Part shown: positions 58,956 through 64,000 of the stretch, in pieces
Numbering within the stretch: position 1 is the stretch's first letter
How the letters are laid out: each line of letters opens with the position of its first letter
Assembly (NCBI GenBank): GCA_963836075.1
Contig: CAWIIB010000009.1
Location: 2,336,001-2,400,000 of the forward strand
DNA: 64,000 nt
Direction of reading: 5' to 3'
Origin: an uncultured Acidobacteriota bacterium
GTDB taxonomy: Bacteria > Acidobacteriota > JAQAZP01
The notes under the pieces: model-generated
What the model was told of the DNA's origin: nothing
What the model saw: the letters and a program-made list of their open reading frames with translations, nothing else
Database searches by the model: none
Made by a program: the position numbers and the translations under genes

Positions 58956-61900
58956 CTATGCTTCGGGTGTCGAATCGGAAGCGGGATCCGGGTTCCCGTC
59001 CGGATACGATGAGGGTGTGATACCGAACTGCTCGCGGAAGCAGCGTGTGAAATGACTGAGGCCCTTGAATCCGACGGAATAGGCCACCTCGGTTACATTT
59101 CCGTAACGGCCCCTGAGCAGTTCGGCGGCACGGTGCAGCCGGTGGGAACGGATGAACTCCCTTGGGCCCAGGTCGGTCAACGCCTTCAATTTCCGGTGGA
59201 GCTGGCCGCGGCTCAGGCCGACCTCCCGGGCGTAGGCCGCCACCGACAGGTCATCTTCGAGGTGTTCGTCGATGATCTCACGGCAGCGCTCCAGGAACCG
59301 GTCGTCCATGGATGTTACGGGCAGGGGGTCGGGATCGAGAGATTTGACCCGGTCGGCATATCGTTCCTGCAGCTGGCGGCGCAAGGCGGTCAGGTTCGCG
59401 ATACGGGCCATCAGCTCCCGGGAATCGAACGGCTTGGCGAGGTAGTCGTCGGCACCGTGCTCCAGACCGGTCAACCGGTTCTCGATGCCGACTTTGGCCG
59501 TCAGCAGGATCACCGGGACGTGACTGGTGCGCCAGTCGGTCTTCAGACGGCGGCAGAGTTCGAGGCCGTCCATCACCGGCATCATCACATCGGAAATCAC
59601 CAGGTCGGGAATCTCCGCCAGCGCCAGTTGCAGAGCCTCCTCACCGTTCACAGCGGTGAGCACGTTGTAGGAAGAGCCCAGCGACTGGGCCAGGTACTGG
59701 CGCAGGTCTTGATTGTCTTCCGCCACCAGCAGTTGCTGCCGGCCGGAGGAGGCGGCCTCCTCTTCCTCAGTAGTCGTTTCCGCGGCAGGAGTGGCGGCGT
59801 CGGCGGGTTGGCAGGGCTCGCCAGCCTTCCTTGACGGCGGTTCCAGGAACAGCGGCAGCTCCACGGTGAAACAGGTGCCCCGCTCGGAATCACTGCTCAG
59901 GTGGACAGACCCCTCCAGCAAACTCACCAGTTCTTTGACCAGGGCGAGACCCAAACCGGAACCGCCCGCCCGCCCGCCTCCGGCCAACTGCTGGAAACGG
60001 TCGAAGACCAGCTCGTGCTCGGCGGGCGGGATGTAGGAACCCGTGTTGGCCACCGAGAGGCAGAGCCCCCGCGAGAATCCTTCGGTGCGTAAATATGCAG
60101 AACCCGGGTCAACGGGTATTGGATGGGATCGCGGTGTTGCCGCCACCGTGGAATTGACCACGATCCGGCCGCCGGGCGGCGTGTGCTTGACCGCGTTGGT
60201 CACCAGGTTCACAGTCACCTTCTCCAGCAGGTCGGCATCGAACCACAAGACTGCCGGGTCCTCGGGGATCCGCACCTGCAGGTCGATACCGCCTTCGCTT
60301 GCCAGGGGCTCGAAACCGGTGATCAGGGTCCGCAGGAACGCGGTCACGTCGTTGCAGCCCCAGTGCAGGGGCAGGCGACCGGCCTCCAGGCGCGAGAGGT
60401 CGAGGAGCTGGTCGATGAGCTGCCCCAGACGATCGGCATTGCGGCTCATCATCGCAAAGAGTTCGGCGTTCCCGGAGTCGGGGGCCTCACGCAGCCGCTG
60501 CAGCGGGGTGCGCAGCAGGGTGAGCGGTGTGCGAAACTCGTGGGACACATTGGAGAAGAACCGCTTTCGCAACCGGTCGAGGTCCTGCCACTGCCGGGCT
60601 TCGACCCGCTCCACTTCCAGTGCCGTGCGGATTCGCATGCGCTGGATGATCTGCCGGTAGACCAGGGCCACGAACCCCAGGGCCAGCAGCATGTAGACCA
60701 GTCTTGCCCCGGCGGACTGCCACCAGGGAGGCAGGATTCGGATGTCGAGACGGGTCTCTTCCTCGTTCCACAGCCCGTCGGCATTGCTCCCTCGCACACG
60801 AAAGGTGTAGCGGCCGGGCGAGAGGCTGGTGTAGATTGCACGCCGGTCCTGGCCGGGGTCGCGCCAGTCGTCGTCCACCCCATCGAGGCGGAAACGATAG
60901 CGGTTGCGCTCGGGGCGGGCAAAGTGGAGCGTGGCAAAATTAAGGGTTATGTCGTTTTGATCGTGCGCCAGCGTGATGCCGTCCTTCAGTTCTATGGCCC
61001 GGTCAAGCGGTGAACCCGGCCCCGGCCTGACCTCCCGGTCAGCGATGCGGAGTGCGGTGATCACCACCGGGGGCACGAAATCGGACCGGCGGAAAGTGGT
61101 CGGATCGAAGGAGACCAGGCCGCCGCGGCCGCCGAAGTAGATGGTGCCGTCGTGGCCGCGGGCATATCCGAAGTGCACCTTGTTTGTGGGCAGGCCATCC
61201 CTGGAGTCGAAGCTGCGGAGCTCCCGGGTTTGCGGGTCGTAGCGGGCGAAACCACGATCCGTGGACATCCAGAGCATGCCGTTTTCGTCGGCCAGCAGGG
61301 AGCCGACCTGGTCATGGGGCAGACCGTCGGGCCCGCTGATCGCCTCCACCACCCGCCCGTCCTGATCGAGGCGCAGCAGCCCGGCAAAGGTGCCCATCCA
61401 GAGATTGCCCTCCAGGTCCTCTGCGGCGCACATGGGGGAGGCCAGACCTCTGTCGGGATCGAAGCAAATGACAAGGCTGTCCGTCTGCTTGTCGTGGAAG
61501 GCCAGGCCACGTGTATCGAAGAGAATCCACATCCGTCCCCGGCGATCGCGATAGATCCCGATCACGTTCCTGCTTGGTGAGTTGGCCGCCACACCTTCCC
61601 GCACCGTGTAGGTCCGCAGCCGGGACGTTTCCGGCTCCCACACACTCAGCCCGTCCGATGTGCTCCCCACCCAGATATGGCCGGCCTCGTCGATGGCCAG
61701 GGCCCGGACATTGGTCCGATACGCCGGGTCGCCGGGTTTCGAGAGGCCGGGCACGCGCTCTGGGGTCGTCTTCCCTCTGGGCAGTGTCCAGAGGCCCTGG
61801 TCTGTGCCGATCCAGATCGATCCCTGGCGGTCCTCGCAGATGGCGAGGACCTTGGTCGGCGGTGAGACCTCATCGGCGGGGAAGGGGTGGTGCCGGAATT

Positions 61901-63165
61901 TCGTTTCACCCGGCAGCCGGCTATTCAGACCGCCAGGTCCTGATACCCGTCGACAGGTGGCCGGTGCCCACCCAGAGCACGCCGCGGGAGTCCTCGAAGA
62001 TTCCCTGGACCACTCCGTAATCGAGAGAACCGGGATCGTCGGGATCATGGGTCTCCACGCGAAACTGGTTGGCGTCTGGATTGATCTTGTTCAAGCCGGC
62101 GTGCCAGCTACCACCCCAGACTATGCCCGCCGTGTCGCAATGGATGCTCAGCACGGGACCGTCGAGAACCGTATCGCCGTTTTCGGGGTCGTGATCGTAA
62201 TGCTGGAACCGGCCGGTGTCCGGCTCGAACCCGTACATGCCGTCCGCCGCACCGATCCAGAGCCGACCCGCCTGGTCATGATCGACACAGACGAGGTAGT
62301 TCTGGATGTGCTCGGGATCCTCCGGCAGGGGAACGATCGACGTGAATCCCTGCGTGGCCGGATTGAAACGGGCAAGCCCCTTGCGGGTGGCCACCCAGAT
62401 TCGCCCACGGTCGTCCTGGTGCAGGTAGGTGGCGAGGTCTGCCGGCAGACTGGCTGGATCGTCCGGATCATGGCGGAAGTGGTGCCAGCGGTCGGATCCC
62501 GGCTCCCGGTACGCCACGCCTGCCCCTTCGCTGGCCACCCACAAGCGCCCGGAGGCATCCATCATCACCCAGCTCAGCGTCGCATCAGGCGGTGCGCTGT
62601 CCACCGGCTCGCCGGGCTGAAGCCGGTGTTCCTGCACGGAACCGGCCTGCGGATCGATGGCCGCCAGCCATCCCTCGGCCGTGGCGGCCCAGACCGTGCC
62701 GTCCGATGCCTGGCAGAGGCTGTTCACCTGCACTCCACCCAGTCGGTGCTCCTCGGGGGAGTCCGGTCCCCAGTGGTCGAAACGCCCGGTATCGGGATGC
62801 AGCCGCCACAGTCCGGTGGAGAAGGTGCCGATCCAGATGTCCCCATCCCGGTCCTCGAACAGGGCGGTGGTGCCGAGGTTCTGGGGCCGGCCCGTGGATT
62901 CAAGGACCGGGGCGAATGGCACCAGTGATCGGCCGTCGTAGCGGACCAGGCCGTTTTGCGTTCCGAACCAGAGGAAGCCGAGACGGTCCTGGACCATGGC
63001 GCGCACGGAACTGTCGGGTAGACCGTCATCGACGGTCAGGTGCTCGAAACGGGGGGCGGCAGGCAATGTCTGCGCGGGGGCCGGGCTGCTGATCATCAGC
63101 AGCAGGATGACGAGGATGATCTTTCGGCCCGATCGGATGCTGTCCTGTCTAGCGATGTCACTCAT
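58956..63165 (-). CDS. Hybrid two-component sensor kinase / AraC regulator (propeller-Y_Y_Y-HisKA-HATPase-REC-AraC); frameshift near 61945
   Basis: [15 protein letters not shown] repeats, [53 protein letters not shown]...[10 protein letters not shown]. Confidence 0.92.
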
Positions 63166-64000
63166 CCACTCTTCTTCATCGCCTTCTCTATCTTGGCCCA
63201 ACTGTCGCGCAGGGTCACCGTGCGGTTGAACACCGGAGCTCCGGGCTTCGAATCGTGGCTGTCCGGACAGAAGTACCCCGTGCGCATGAACTGGCAGGCT
63301 GTGCCCGGTTCAAGCCGGGCCAGCGCCGGCTCCAGTTTACAACCGGTGAGCACTTTCAGCGAGTCGGGGTTCAGCTCCGATTCGGCGCCATCCTCGGCCT
63401 CGGCCAGCAGGTGGTCGAAGAGCCGCACCTCGGCATCCACCCCGTGCTGCGCCGAGACCCAGTGCAGGGTCCCCTTGACCCGCCGGCCGTCCTCGGTCCC
63501 GCCGCCGCGGGATGCGGGGTCGTGGGAGCAGTGCAATTCCACGATCTCGCCGTTGTCGTCCTTGACCACCTTCTCACAGGTGATGTAGTAAGCGTGCTTC
63601 AGCCGCACCTCGCGCCCCGGGGACATGCGGAAGAATTTCTTTGGCGGGTCCTCGAGGAAATCACTGCGCTCGACCCAGACCTCCCGCGAGAAGGGCACCA
63701 TGCGGGTGCCGGCATTTTTGTCCTCGGGGTTGTTCTCCGCCTCCAGCTCTTCCACCTGCCCCTCGGGGTAGTCGGTGATCACCACTTTCAGCGGTTCGAG
63801 CACCGCCATGAAGCGCGGCGCCCGCTTGTTCAGGTCCTCGCGGATGTGATACTCCAGCAGGGCCACGTCCACCTCGCTGTCCCGCTTGGCCACCCCGATA
63901 CGGTCACAGAAGGCGCGGATCGCCTCCGGGGTGTAGCCCCGTCGGCGCAGACCGCAGATGGTGGGCATTCGCGGGTCGTCCCAACCGTCCACCACCCCGT
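63162..64000 (-). CDS. glnS: Glutamine--tRNA ligase, C-terminal part (truncated by window edge)
   Basis: [53 protein letters not shown]. Confidence 0.95.
   Translation of the reverse strand, partial: GVVDGWDDPRMPTICGLRRRGYTPEAIRAFCDRIGVAKRDSEVDVALLEYHIREDLNKRAPRFMAVLEPLKVVITDYPEGQVEELEAENNPEDKNAGTRMVPFSREVWVERSDFLEDPPKKFFRMSPGREVRLKHAYYITCEKVVKDDNGEIVELHCSHDPASRGGGTEDGRRVKGTLHWVSAQHGVDAEVRLFDHLLAEAEDGAESELNPDSLKVLTGCKLEPALARLEPGTACQFMRTGYFCPDSHDSKPGAPVFNRTVTLRDSWAKIEKAMKKSG

Overview
GC-rich (roughly two-thirds GC by eye), densely coding bacterial DNA. It is probably from an uncultured lineage and an error-prone assembly: asnS, rimO, a Zn-alcohol dehydrogenase, a radical SAM gene and a hybrid sensor kinase all carry frameshifts. 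Housekeeping genes (cyclophilin, asnS, rimO, pgpA, ribF, rocD, guaA, arfB, slyX, yjgA/darP, glnS) are interleaved with accessory loci. I recognised no tRNA, rRNA, CRISPR array or transposase. The most notable signals are: (1) a secreted DUF1573/Ig-like protein with an in-frame TGA in an S-U-G-C-T motif followed by a SECIS-like hairpin, next to a paralog with Cys at the same position (candidate selenoprotein); (2) a CHAT/TPR lipoprotein protease - Trp-rich small ORF - radical SAM (SPASM/twitch-like) locus that looks like an uncharacterised RiPP system; (3) two unrelated secreted proteins ending in the same ~110-aa Cys-rich C-terminal domain (candidate sorting signal) near an AraC-type hybrid two-component system; (4) a three-gene minor-pilin operon with a 1161-aa giant prepilin; (5) two related ~120-bp palindromic elements sharing a covarying core. 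All family assignments are from motif recognition by eye; no database search was run.
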